A stretch of 64,000 nucleotides of DNA, taken from NCBI GenBank assembly GCA_963805625.1, contig CAWDVE010000024.1:1-64000 (forward strand). The letters are read 5' to 3'. How positions within the stretch are numbered: position 1 is the stretch's first letter; each line of letters begins with the position of its first letter. Shown piece by piece: positions 39,140 through 49,123 of the stretch. The notes below the pieces were generated by a model that saw only the letters and a program-made list of their open reading frames with translations, had not been told where the DNA came from and ran no database searches. This stretch comes from an uncultured Candidatus Rokubacteria bacterium (lineage in GTDB: Bacteria; Methylomirabilota; Methylomirabilia; Rokubacteriales; DASRDR01). Made by a program: the position numbers and the translations under genes.

Positions 39140-42082
39140 TCAGCGCAGCTCGTGCGCCTGGCGCTTGACAGTCCCGAGGGAGGCGTCGAGCTCGGCCTGG
39201 CTGGCGAAGATCTCGTCGGCGGGGAGCACCTTGACGATCTGGAACACCTTCAGCACGGCCGCCTGCGCGTTGACAAGGGCCACCCGTCCCCCGCGCCCCT
39301 CGATCACCCTGCGCGCCTGGATGACGCACCGGATTCCCGCGCTGCTGATGTACTCGAGGCCGTCGAGCCGGAACACGAGCGACGTGATGCCCGGTCGATC
39401 GAGCAGGAGGGCGAGCTCCGCCTCGAGCTGCGGCGCGGTGGTGGTGTCGAGGCGCCCCCGGAGGGCCGCCCAGCGCTCCGTCGGCCCGAGGCTGCCGATC
39501 TCGATGTCGAGTGCGAGGGCCCCGCCCGGTCCAGGCGGCGTCCCGACCTCGAAGGGCGCGCCCTCCGAGGGATCGGCGGGTCGTCCCCAGTGGAGCGTGA
39601 CGACGTTGGCCCCTCCCTCACGCGCATACTCCCAGCGGTCGACGAGGCGACTGACCAGCAGGAGACCGAGCCCCCCGATCGGACGGGCGGCGAGAGGCGC
39701 CTCGAGGTCCGGTGCCGGAGCCTCGAGCGGATTGAACGGCGGGCCTGCGTCCTCGAGCCGGATCTCGATCTTCTCCGGGAGGAGCCGGAGCCCGATGTGC
39801 GCTTGGCGCCCGGGCTGGCCGCGATAGGCGTGGGTGACCACGTTCGTCAGAAGCTCCTCGACGGCGAGCACGCAGTCGTGGACGGTCGGCGGGGGAACGT
39901 TGCGGGCCCGCAGGATCGCCTCGATCCACCGCCACGCCCGGGGGGCAGTCTCCGGCTCGCTGTCGACCGAAAATCGCCACGCTTCCCCGTCGCGCGCGTC
40001 CACGGTCACGCCGGGGGGCCGGTACTGCAGGGCCAGCATCGCCAGATCGTCCCGAGGCGCTCCGCCGGCCGAGAATCGCTCGACGGCGTCGACCAGCCGA
40101 TCGGGGAGGGTGGCGAGAGCATCCGCGGGTGTCTCGGCGACGACGCGCTGGAATCGCTCCAGGCCGAAGGCGGTGCCCGCTCGGTCGAAGGCCTCGGTCA
40201 CCCCGTCCGTGCAGAGGACGAGCGTGTCGCCGGGCGCGAGGTGCCCGGTCCACACGGGGAACCCGGCGCCCGCGCCGAGGCCGAGGGCGGCCCCGCCCTC
40301 GAGGACCAGCACCGTCGTCTCACCGCCGAGCCGACGCAGGAGCGGCCGCTCGTGGCCCGCGCTCGAGTAGCGGAGCTCACCGCTCTCGCCGTCGAGCACG
40401 GCGCAGGCCATGGTGACAAACATGCACATGTCGTTGCCCTGGGACAGCCGCATGTCCAGCTCCTGCAGGACGTCGTCGGGACCGGTGTCACCCCGGCCGA
40501 TCGCGCGCAGGAGCCCGGTCACGCGCGCCATGAGGAGCGCGGCGGGCATTCCCTTGTCCGCCACATCGGCGATGGCGAAGATGAGCCGGCGGCCGTCGAG
40601 CAGGAAGAAGTCGTAGAGGTCGCCGCCGACCTCGCGGGCCGGCTGGAGCGTCGCGGCGATCGCGCAGCCGGCCAGCGGCTCCGACGGAGCGATGGGGAGC
40701 ATCGACTGCTGGATCTGGCGCGCGATGTCGAGCTCCCGGGCCCGCCGCTGCTCCTCCGCCAGCCGGGCCGCACGCTCCTCGATGTGCCCCCGGAGCATGC
40801 GGCGCATCCGGTCCGTCACGTCCCGGAGCGCGCCGACCTCCAGCGGATTCCACACCTCGGGGAGCGGGGTATCGAGGTCGCCCCCCCCGATCCGCTCCAC
40901 CGATCGGGCCAGTGTCTCGAGCGGCCGGGAGATGCGGCGGGCCGAGAACCACACGAGACCGAGGGTCAGCCCGAGGATGCCCAGGCCGATCAGGAGCTGC
41001 CACTGCGCCAGGCCGCGTGCCTCGGCGACCAGCTCGTCGCGGGGGGCCGCCAGAACCAGGGTGAGCGGCTCACCGACGTCCACCTGGATCGACCGCTTCC
41101 CGCCGATCCACGCCCGGCCCTGGACGGGCAGGGTCGTGTGCCCGCGCGTCGAGTCGTCGGGGCGGGCGAGGAGTTGCCTCAGCGCGGGGTCCTCGAGGTC
41201 GGTCACGCGGGTGAGGGCGGGGTCGCCGGGCCCTGGGCGGACCAGTCGTCCCGGGTCGGGGTGGGCGATCACGAACCCGAGGCGGTCGACGAGCGCGATC
41301 TTGGCGGAGGGGGTGACGCGGGACTGCGCGAGATGACGCGAGAGCTCCTGGAGCGTGATGTCCGCGCCGACGACCGTCGCGCCGGTCTCGCTCCGCTGCG
41401 CGAGCGTCGTGCCGATCTCGCGCGTCGTGAAGAACACGTACGGGCTGGTCCGGATGAGCGTCGCGCTCGACACCGCTTGGCGGTACCAGTCGCGGGTCCG
41501 CGGATCGAAGCGGTAGGCGGGCCGCGGCTCGTCCTGGACCACGGCGAGCTGCCCGTCCAGGAATAGGTAGCGTCCCGGCGTCGGGCGGTCAGTGGCGGCC
41601 AAGCTCTGGACGAGGAACGTGGCCCCCGCGGGCGCATTGAGGCTCTGCCGGACGGCATCCCTCAACGAGCGCACGAGAAAGAAGTCACCGTTCCCGAAGC
41701 CGACGTAGACGGCCGAGATCTCGGGGTGCGTCACGAGGGCGGTGGTGAGCAGCGGGAGGGCTTCGAGGCGCGGGGCTAGGGCGGTAGTCCGCGTCAGGGG
41801 GTGTCGTGCGAGGAGTTCCACCAGGAGCCGGGCGGGGGCGAGCAGATTTCGCACCTGGTCGGCAGTGTGCTCCGCGACGTGCAGGAACTCCTCGTCGCCG
41901 GCGGAGAGCAGAAGACGCGTGGTGGCGCGGTAGCCGTAGGCGACGATGGCCAGGCCGGCGGCCGCGATGAGCGCCACGAACAAGGTCGCGATGTGCACGC
42001 GGAGCCGGAACCGCCTCCGCGGCGAGTGGCCGGCCTCGGAGACATTCCCGGGATCCGGTCGGACGGGATCAATGGCCGACAT
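39140..42082 (-). CDS. Fused sensor: Cache-HAMP-SpoIIE/PP2C phosphatase-RsbW-like kinase-STAS
   Basis: DPRTRDWY and SPYVFFT (Cache); HAMP; VGGDLYD, ADVADKG, TDGVTEA, DDLAML (PP2C); EELLTNVVTHAY, DAGPPFNP, GGLGLLLV (RsbW); GRLD..., LEYISSAGIR (STAS). Confidence 0.9.
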   Translation of the reverse strand: MSAIDPVRPDPGNVSEAGHSPRRRFRLRVHIATLFVALIAAAGLAIVAYGYRATTRLLLSAGDEEFLHVAEHTADQVRNLLAPARLLVELLARHPLTRTTALAPRLEALPLLTTALVTHPEISAVYVGFGNGDFFLVRSLRDAVRQSLNAPAGATFLVQSLAATDRPTPGRYLFLDGQLAVVQDEPRPAYRFDPRTRDWYRQAVSSATLIRTSPYVFFTTREIGTTLAQRSETGATVVGADITLQELSRHLAQSRVTPSAKIALVDRLGFVIAHPDPGRLVRPGPGDPALTRVTDLEDPALRQLLARPDDSTRGHTTLPVQGRAWIGGKRSIQVDVGEPLTLVLAAPRDELVAEARGLAQWQLLIGLGILGLTLGLVWFSARRISRPLETLARSVERIGGGDLDTPLPEVWNPLEVGALRDVTDRMRRMLRGHIEERAARLAEEQRRARELDIARQIQQSMLPIAPSEPLAGCAIAATLQPAREVGGDLYDFFLLDGRRLIFAIADVADKGMPAALLMARVTGLLRAIGRGDTGPDDVLQELDMRLSQGNDMCMFVTMACAVLDGESGELRYSSAGHERPLLRRLGGETTVLVLEGGAALGLGAGAGFPVWTGHLAPGDTLVLCTDGVTEAFDRAGTAFGLERFQRVVAETPADALATLPDRLVDAVERFSAGGAPRDDLAMLALQYRPPGVTVDARDGEAWRFSVDSEPETAPRAWRWIEAILRARNVPPPTVHDCVLAVEELLTNVVTHAYRGQPGRQAHIGLRLLPEKIEIRLEDAGPPFNPLEAPAPDLEAPLAARPIGGLGLLLVSRLVDRWEYAREGGANVVTLHWGRPADPSEGAPFEVGTPPGPGGALALDIEIGSLGPTERWAALRGRLDTTTAPQLEAELALLLDRPGITSLVFRLDGLEYISSAGIRCVIQARRVIEGRGGRVALVNAQAAVLKVFQIVKVLPADEIFASQAELDASLGTVKRQAHELR

Positions 42083-42361
42083 CAGCGTAGATCTCCCGAC
42101 GGGCCCGGGCTGCCGCCGATGGGAGGGTGACGGCGGGATCGCGTCCAGCCCGGCGGGGGCCGCGGAGCCCGGGACCGCGGGGCGCCCCGGCGCGGGGAAT
42201 GTCCGGTCACGTGGATTCCCCGCCGCGTGTTCACGAGCTCACCCGATCCTAGCATGGGAGCTAGGGCGGCCCCCTGCACTCACGCTCCAGTCCGAGTCCG
42301 GTCCGCCGAGGACCCGGGCGGCAACCCGCCGGGCGCGGCGGCTCCGGCCCGCTCGGCCGCC

Positions 42362-43951
42362 CTAGGCCTTGAGCCCCACGTTCCAGAAGAAGGGGCGGTA
42401 GCGGTTCGCATACCCGGCGACGCTCTTCTGCTTGATCCGGAGCGTGAAGAAGTCGCCGAGCTTCGCGACCGGCACCTCGTCCCAGAACCAGCGCTGGATC
42501 TCTTCCCAGACGGCCTTCCGTCGAGCGAAGTCGGTCTCGCACGCCAGCCGTGACTGGAGGGCGTCGAGCTTCGGGTCGCACGTCCATCCCGGCCAGTCGC
42601 AGAACAGGATGGGAAGCTGGGAGGGATCGGTCTGGAAGCCGATGCCGGTCGTGAACACCTCGTAGAGCTTGGGGTCGTTGCGGCGCTGGACCACCGTCGC
42701 CCACTCGAGCACCTGGAGGTCGATGTTGAAGCCCACGTCCTCCAGTTGTTGCTTGGCGGCAAGCGCCGACTTGTACATCCAGTCGTAGAACTGGGTGGCC
42801 ATCCAGCGGATCGGCTCCCCTTTGTAGCCGGCGTCCCGCATGAGCCGCTTCGCCTTCTCGCGGTCCGGGCGGCTGTAGACGTCCTTGCCGGCGTCCGACC
42901 ACCACACCTGCTCCCGGAAGATCAGGCTGGGGTCGAGCCGGTAGAACTCGGGTGCCCCGACCGCCGCCTTCATGATCGGCTCCATGTCGAGGGCGGCGAC
43001 GACCGCCTGGCGGAGCGCCTTCGAGGTGAACGGCCCCTGCTTCTTGTTGAAGATCGCGCTGACCCACTCGTTCGGCTTGACGATCATCACGTCGAGCCGG
43101 GGATTTCGGTTCAGGCGCTCGTAGTTGTCGGGGGAGATCCAGTCGCTGAAATGGAACTCGCCCGACTCGACACCCGCGGCCCGGACCGACACGTCGGGCA
43201 CCGGGATGAACTGGAGCTCGTCCACGTAGGCCGTCCGCCGGCCGCCGTAGCCGCTGGTCGCCTCCGGCCGGGCGGCGTAGCGGTCGAAGCGGGCCATGCG
43301 GGTGTACCGGTCGGGGATGCGCTCGACGAAGCGGAACGGCCCCGTGCCGACGAAGTCCTTGATCTGGCCGTCGCCCGCCGCCTCGACGACCTCCTTCGGG
43401 TAGATCGCCGGAAACTGACTCGCGTTCCCCAAGGCGGCGAGGACGGCGCCCGCGCAGCCGCCGAACCGGAACTCGACGGTGTACCGGTCCTTCGCCTGGA
43501 AGGACTGGACGCTCTTGAAGAGGCCCTTCCCCACGGTGGCGATCCGCCCCCACCGGGCGAGCGACGCGACCACGTCCTCGGCGGAGCACTCCTTGCCGTT
43601 GTGGAAGGGCACGCCGCGCCGGAGCCGGATGGTCCAGGTCTTGTCCCCGTCCGCGACCGCGTGGCCCTCCGCCAACATCGGAACGACGCCGTAGCGCTCG
43701 TCCAGCGTAAACAGAGGCTCGTACAGGTGCGACGTGACGTCGTACGTGAGAGTCGCGGTCGTCCAGTGCGCGTCGAGGGAGGGCGGCTCGCCGATGATCG
43801 CGACCTTCAGCACGCCCCCGGGCCGAGGGTCCTGAGCATGGGCGGGACGCCGGAGGATGGCAGGGGCAAGGGTGCCGGCGATCCCGAGGGCGGCGACCCC
43901 CCCGAGAAGGCGCCGGCGGGACGGCATCGTCGTGGCTCGGGGCTCGCGCAT
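42362..43951 (-). CDS. ABC transporter substrate-binding protein, family 5, Tat-exported
   Basis: SRRRLL Tat leader, LRRGVPFHNG, GTGPFRF. Confidence 0.9.
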   Translation of the reverse strand: MREPRATTMPSRRRLLGGVAALGIAGTLAPAILRRPAHAQDPRPGGVLKVAIIGEPPSLDAHWTTATLTYDVTSHLYEPLFTLDERYGVVPMLAEGHAVADGDKTWTIRLRRGVPFHNGKECSAEDVVASLARWGRIATVGKGLFKSVQSFQAKDRYTVEFRFGGCAGAVLAALGNASQFPAIYPKEVVEAAGDGQIKDFVGTGPFRFVERIPDRYTRMARFDRYAARPEATSGYGGRRTAYVDELQFIPVPDVSVRAAGVESGEFHFSDWISPDNYERLNRNPRLDVMIVKPNEWVSAIFNKKQGPFTSKALRQAVVAALDMEPIMKAAVGAPEFYRLDPSLIFREQVWWSDAGKDVYSRPDREKAKRLMRDAGYKGEPIRWMATQFYDWMYKSALAAKQQLEDVGFNIDLQVLEWATVVQRRNDPKLYEVFTTGIGFQTDPSQLPILFCDWPGWTCDPKLDALQSRLACETDFARRKAVWEEIQRWFWDEVPVAKLGDFFTLRIKQKSVAGYANRYRPFFWNVGLKA

Positions 43952-43955
43952 CGCT

Positions 43956-45221
43956 CTACCCTCCGTGGGCGGCCGGTTGCCCCGCCGCCATCTGCTGCTG
44001 AAGTGCCTCGCGCAAGTGGAGCATCCGCTCGACCCGGTCGGCGAGGGCCTGGCCCGTGGCGGCCCGGTCGGTGGTGATCTCGGCGAGCAGCTCCCGCTCC
44101 CACGCGTGCCAGACACGCTGCACGGCGGGCGCGCGCCCGGCCGGATCGCGCATGACCTCGTCCCCGAGCGCCTTCATGAGCCACCACGCCGACCGCCCGT
44201 CCGGCTCGCCCGTGCCCCGCGTCAGCGCGTCGGGGAGCTCGACCCCGACGGCGACCGGGAGGAACACGCTCGTGCACGGGGTGGTCTGGGCGCACCATGC
44301 GATCAGGGGACTCTCTCGGCCCAGCTCCGCCACCATGGCGGCCGCCGTCGCGCCGGTTGCCGGGTCGGGATGCATGCAGACGGACCATCCCTGGGGATCG
44401 CCGTCCTTCCGGCCGGGGCGATGGATGGTGCGGCCGTCGTAGTGGTCGCGGAGGTGCCGCTGCATCTCGGGGATGCCGGGCCGACCGGTCGACGCCAGGA
44501 AGCGGCAGCTCGCATCGTACCGGGCCTCGGCCCGGTAGCGCGGCTCGGGGTTCTCGAAGGCGGCGCGGAAGTCGAAGCGGCGGCCCGGCTCGGGCCGCCA
44601 CCATCCGCGCTCCGCAGCGTTGGCCTCGATGCCCGGCGACGCCTCGTCCCAGTCGTCGCCGATCGTGGCGAGGTTGGAGATCGCCGCGCGGCCGCGGACC
44701 CGCCGGGCGACCCAGTGGCGCCCCGACGTCTCGAGCACCCACGCGGCGCCGGGGTCCGCGATGATGAAGCTGTTGTGGTAGAAGCGGCGGCCCCCGTGCT
44801 GGGCGCTGCCGCCCTGGCCGTGACGCGCGAGGAGATCGGTGATCACCCGCTTGGCGTCGTCGGCGGTCCGCCCCCGCTCGAGCCCCAGGCGCAGCAGATC
44901 CATGCCCAGCAGGCCCGTCTCGGCGGGCGTCTCTCGCGTGTGGAGGGCCTCGTTGCCGATCGCCACGCCGGATTCGTTGACGCCGTGCTCGAATCCCCAG
45001 ATCCACCAGGGGCGACTACCCAGGACCGTGAGGGTCTCGGGGACCTCGGGGATCTCGAGATACGTGCACCGGACGGTCGCGCCGGAGGCGTGCCGCCGCG
45101 CCGGCACTGCCTGGAGCGGCTGGCATTCCGTCGACGGGCGGTCGCTGTTCTTGGCGAAGAGCGTGCGGCCGCTTCGCGTGTCGGATCCGAGGGCGACGAG
45201 CGTGTCGCAGCTGGTGTTCAC
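43956..45221 (-). CDS. C69 family dipeptidase / secernin-like Ntn hydrolase
   Basis: SCDTLVA, FAKNSDRP, GVNESGVAIGNEA, GMDLLRLGLER, YHNSF. Confidence 0.88.
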   Translation of the reverse strand: MNTSCDTLVALGSDTRSGRTLFAKNSDRPSTECQPLQAVPARRHASGATVRCTYLEIPEVPETLTVLGSRPWWIWGFEHGVNESGVAIGNEALHTRETPAETGLLGMDLLRLGLERGRTADDAKRVITDLLARHGQGGSAQHGGRRFYHNSFIIADPGAAWVLETSGRHWVARRVRGRAAISNLATIGDDWDEASPGIEANAAERGWWRPEPGRRFDFRAAFENPEPRYRAEARYDASCRFLASTGRPGIPEMQRHLRDHYDGRTIHRPGRKDGDPQGWSVCMHPDPATGATAAAMVAELGRESPLIAWCAQTTPCTSVFLPVAVGVELPDALTRGTGEPDGRSAWWLMKALGDEVMRDPAGRAPAVQRVWHAWERELLAEITTDRAATGQALADRVERMLHLREALQQQMAAGQPAAHGG

Positions 45222-45262
45222 GGCGTCCTCTCTCGCGGGTATCGGCTCCGAGCATAGCATCC

Positions 45263-45602
45263 TCAGCGGCTGGCCGGCTCGATGACGACCGCAGTGCCGT
45301 ACGCCGGCACCTCGGTGACGCCGGGGGCGACCTCGTTCGCGTCGTAGCACGTGGCGATGACGGCGTTGGCGCCGACCTCGGCGGCGTGCCGCATCATGAG
45401 ATCGAAGGCGTCCTGCCGGGCGTGCTCGCAGAGCTCGGTGTAGAGCGTGATGTTGCCGCCGAAGAGCCTGGATGGACGCGCCGAGACTGCCCACCACGCT
45501 GCGGGAGCGCACGACGATGCCGCGCACGACGCCGCGGTGCTGGACGACCCGGTATCCCTCGAAGCCCATCGCGGTCGTCACACGCCCATGCGGGATGGCC
45601 AC
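45263..45602 (-). pseudogene. YbjQ/UPF0145 family protein with a frameshift
   Basis: [17 protein letters not shown], then [28 protein letters not shown] in another frame; shift at about 45467. Confidence 0.82.
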
Positions 45603-45644
45603 GCGTTCCTCTCCTCGGTCCGCCCCACGGTCGGCGCGAACGGG

Positions 45645-45980
45645 TCACGCCAGGGGAACGTAGTCGTACTCGCCGATGCCCTGCAGGACGAGGAAGGTGG
45701 CGGAGCCGTCGCCGCCGTTGGTGACGAGGTGGGGGCGTCCGGGTCGCACCGAGTACGTCTCGGCGGGCCCGAGCCGCACCTCCTCCTTGGGGTCGCGGAG
45801 GAAGAGCCGGAGCCGGCCCTCCAGCACGTAGAACGTGTCCTGGACGTGGGTGTGGCAGTGCCAGGGGACCCGCTGGCTCGGGGAGATCTGGAGCTCGGTG
45901 ATCCGGAAGCCCGGGCGCTCGGCGTGACGGGCGCGCCGCTCGACCTCGTAGAGATGGCTCGAGTCCCTGACGGCAGCCAT
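45645..45980 (-). CDS. Cupin domain protein
   Basis: PWHCH..DTFYVLEG...PHLV. Confidence 0.82.
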   Translation of the reverse strand: MAAVRDSSHLYEVERRARHAERPGFRITELQISPSQRVPWHCHTHVQDTFYVLEGRLRLFLRDPKEEVRLGPAETYSVRPGRPHLVTNGGDGSATFLVLQGIGEYDYVPLA

Positions 45981-46094
45981 GACGGCCTCCTCGCGTGCTC
46001 GCGAAGCGGCCAGCATACTGCCGCGGGGCGAGTCCCCCGGGACCCGCCGCCGATCTGCGCCGGCGCGCTCACGGCTTCCGGGTCGGTGACCGGC

Positions 46095-47381
46095 CTAGCG
46101 CTCCTCCGCGGGCGCCCGAGGACCGCGGGGGGCGATCGGGAGCACGCGCTGGAGGGCGACCAGGGTGAAGAACAGCCGGATCCGGAGGCGCGCCGCGAGC
46201 GACGGCCGCCAGTTCCCGGCAAGGACGGAGAGCACGGCCTGGTAGATCCCCCAGCGGTTGGTCCGGCGGAACCAGAGGTCCCGGAAGTTCGGATTGTAGA
46301 AGCCGACCGCGAAGCGCCGGAAATGATGGTAGCGGGCCCGCACGAGGCGCTCGTACGCGGTGAATCGCCGCCGGGACAGGTCGCCATCGCGGAGGCCCGC
46401 GTCGATCGCGGCCGCCGCGTCCAGCCCGCCCTGCATCGCCAGGAGGACGCCGGTCGAAAAGATCGGGTCGAGAAACGCCGCAGCGTCGCCGACCGTCACC
46501 CAGCGATCCCCGGCCACCTTGGTGCCGAGGTACGAGTAGTCCGCGTCGAACCGGGCCGGCGAAACGCGCCGGGCGGCCGCCAGGAGCTGGGCCGCGCTCG
46601 GCGTGCGATCGACGTAGTGCGTGAGGCTCTCCTCGGGCGTGGCCTTCGACTCCCGGCGGTGAACGGCCTGGGGGATCACGGCCCCCACGCTCGTGACGGT
46701 CTCCGAGATCGGGATCAGCCAGAGCCAGCCCATGTCGGGCCGCGTGAACATCCGGATATCCCCCGCGCGCCGCCCGGGGAGGCGCGGGATGTTCTCGTAC
46801 TGCGCGTGCACGGCGATGTTACGAAGGACAGGATCGAACGTGTGACGCCCGAGCTTCTTGGCGAGAAAGCCGGTTCGCCCGGACGCGTCGACCACGACGC
46901 CCGCGCGCACCGCGTGCTCCACGCCCTCCGGATCGGCGAATCGGAGCGTGACCCCGGTCGGATCGAAAGCGGCGTCGAGGGCGCGATGCCGCTCGCGGAC
47001 GGTCACGCCGGACTTCTCGGAGTGACGGAGCAGGAGCTCGTCGAACGTCGCCCGCGGGACCTGGATGGTCTGGGGGGTGGGCGTCTCGACCGCATCGGCG
47101 AAATCGGCGTACTGCTCGACGGCGCCGTCGAGCGTTCGGAAGCTCGCCCCCCACTTGCGGACGAATCCGGCGGCGGCGATCGTGTCGTGAACGCCGAGCT
47201 CCCGGAAGATCTCGTTGGTCCAGGGAAGCTGAGACTCCCCGATGTGGAAGCGGGGAAACTGCTCGCGCTCCAGCAGGAGGACCCGGCGTCCGTACCGCGC
47301 GAGCGCCGTGGCGGCGCTGGAGCCGCCCGGGCCGCCGCCCACGACGACGGCGTCGAACTCCCAGTCGCTCGGCGCGGTCAT
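46095..47381 (-). CDS. Flavin-dependent halogenase-like oxidoreductase
   Basis: GGGPGGS, FPRFHIGES, WxWxIP (WLWLIP), GDAAAFLDPIFSTGV. Confidence 0.85.
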   Translation of the reverse strand: MTAPSDWEFDAVVVGGGPGGSSAATALARYGRRVLLLEREQFPRFHIGESQLPWTNEIFRELGVHDTIAAAGFVRKWGASFRTLDGAVEQYADFADAVETPTPQTIQVPRATFDELLLRHSEKSGVTVRERHRALDAAFDPTGVTLRFADPEGVEHAVRAGVVVDASGRTGFLAKKLGRHTFDPVLRNIAVHAQYENIPRLPGRRAGDIRMFTRPDMGWLWLIPISETVTSVGAVIPQAVHRRESKATPEESLTHYVDRTPSAAQLLAAARRVSPARFDADYSYLGTKVAGDRWVTVGDAAAFLDPIFSTGVLLAMQGGLDAAAAIDAGLRDGDLSRRRFTAYERLVRARYHHFRRFAVGFYNPNFRDLWFRRTNRWGIYQAVLSVLAGNWRPSLAARLRIRLFFTLVALQRVLPIAPRGPRAPAEER

Positions 47382-47415
47382 TCGTCGCGGACCGGATGCC
47401 TCGGCGTGCGGGCGG

Positions 47416-48291
47416 CTACGGCGCGAGGCTCGCGATCGACTGCTCGTACTGGCACGTGCCCATGGCGCCGTCGGTGAAGATGCCGCGCTCCGCGACCCAC
47501 TGGACGGTCTGGTCGAAGACCTCCTTCGTGTAGGGCTCGAACACGATGCGCTCGCCCGGGCCCCAGCGGCGGGTGTCCATGAGCGGATGGAAGCGGACCG
47601 GGAACTCGTTCCGGTAGTAGTGGGTGTAGCGATCGGGCCGGACATCGATGTCGCGCTGCGCCCGCTGGAGCGCCCGGAAGAACCGGCGCAGGTCCTCGGG
47701 GTCCGGCTGGCCGTGGATCATCGTCGTGATCATGAAGGAGGTGTCGATGATCTTGCGGAAGCCGAGCTGCTCCGCGAAGTAGTACGGGCCGCTGAACAGG
47801 GCGGCGGCGGGCACCTTGGCGTCGATCAAGAGCTCCATGCGGCGAAAGAGCATGCCGTCGTTGAACGACAGGTTGATCCGGGGCGCGGGGAGATACGGCT
47901 CGAGCGCCTGGATCGTCGCGTAGTGGCTGCCGGATTGGTAGCCGACCGAGATCGGCACCCCGGCCAGCTGGTCCGGCGTCCTCACCGGCGACTCGGCGGG
48001 GACGAAGATGCCCGCCGGCGCGACGGAGTAGGCACCGGGATAGAGCTTGCCGTGACCCGCCGACGCGGCGATGCCCACCGTCCAGTGGCACGCGCAGCTG
48101 ACGTCGGCCGCGCGGCCCGCCTCGAGCGACTGGTAGGCGCCGACCTTGTCGCCCTGGTCGTGGATCCGGCCGTCCGTGGACTGCACGAGCTCGCGAAAGA
48201 CGTAGTCGAGCCCTTCCTGGGTGAAGTAGCCCTTCTCCTCGGCGACCCACTCCTGCAGCCGGAAGTGCGGCTCGATGACGAATTTGCCCAT
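47416..48291 (-). CDS. SsuA/THI5-like substrate-binding-fold protein
   Basis: VAEEKGYFTQEGLD and LAGVPISVG; no signal peptide. Confidence 0.72.
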   Translation of the reverse strand: MGKFVIEPHFRLQEWVAEEKGYFTQEGLDYVFRELVQSTDGRIHDQGDKVGAYQSLEAGRAADVSCACHWTVGIAASAGHGKLYPGAYSVAPAGIFVPAESPVRTPDQLAGVPISVGYQSGSHYATIQALEPYLPAPRINLSFNDGMLFRRMELLIDAKVPAAALFSGPYYFAEQLGFRKIIDTSFMITTMIHGQPDPEDLRRFFRALQRAQRDIDVRPDRYTHYYRNEFPVRFHPLMDTRRWGPGERIVFEPYTKEVFDQTVQWVAERGIFTDGAMGTCQYEQSIASLAP

Positions 48292-48612
48292 GTCACTCTC
48301 CTCGATCGGGTCGCCTCAGACGCGATGTGCATCCGCTCGGGCGGCCGTGACCACGGCCGCTATGGCGGCTGCCCGCTCCGGAGCGCGCTTCTCCAGCATT
48401 CTACAACCAGGTGGAGCCGATCGCTCGTGCCCGGCGCGGCGCTCCAGCGGCCTTCCTGTGTTCGGCCGTGGCGGCGCTCCCCGAGGCGTCGCAGGAGCAT
48501 CACGGCGCCGCCGCCGAAGACGGCCAGCTCGGCCCCGAGGTCGGTGGGCAGAGGAGGCAGGGCTGACGGCTCCGGCACGCCGCGGTGATCATCGGCTCCT
48601 CCGTCCGGCGCG

Positions 48613-49077
48613 CTACGGAAGTTTCGGCGCGCCGCCGTCGGCGATGGTCTCTCCGTACCAGAGCCGAGAAACGCCAGCCCAGTAGGCTCCGGCCTGACAC
48701 ATCGGGCAGGCCCGGGCCGTCCCGTACATCTCGCAGCCGGAGAGGTCGCGCGTGCCGAGCCGGCGGGCGGCGTCCCGGATCGCCTGCATCTCGGCGTGGG
48801 CGGTGGGGTCGGGCGTGGTGACGACGGCGCTCACGCCTTCGCCGACGATTCGGCCGCCCCGGACGAGCACGGCGCCGTAAGGCTCGTCGCCCCGCTCGAT
48901 GGCCAGGCGGCGCAGATCGAACGCCCGGCGCATGAACGCGTCGGCCGTCGGCCGGGCAGGCTGCATGATCTCGCCGGGCGGATCGGTGGCGGCGCGGACC
49001 GGCCGGCCCGCGAGCGCGGCGACCAGGCCGGTCAGCATGGCCAGCGCGCGCCGCCGGCCGACGTGTGTGCTTCGCAT
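48613..49077 (-). CDS. Nucleoside/guanine deaminase family protein with a Tat-like leader
   Basis: PYGAVLV, DPTAHAE, CPMC; GRRRAL leader ending in VRA. Confidence 0.85.
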   Translation of the reverse strand: MRSTHVGRRRALAMLTGLVAALAGRPVRAATDPPGEIMQPARPTADAFMRRAFDLRRLAIERGDEPYGAVLVRGGRIVGEGVSAVVTTPDPTAHAEMQAIRDAARRLGTRDLSGCEMYGTARACPMCQAGAYWAGVSRLWYGETIADGGAPKLP

Positions 49078-49123
49078 GGCGTCTCCTCGATGCGGGGGGA
49101 CCGCGCGGATGCCGGCTGCCGGC

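Noticed and set aside
38789-41566. Long antisense ORFs (also 430-1962, 52206-54440, 45447-47477 and others)
   Set aside because: Stop-poor shadow frames typical of ~70% GC DNA, lying opposite well-supported genes and without motifs.
43956-45602. YbjQ-C69 peptidase fusion (548 aa in the ORF track)
   Set aside because: It is produced by the ybjQ frameshift. The peptidase has its own RBS and GTG start, with the N-terminal Cys nucleophile at SCDT.
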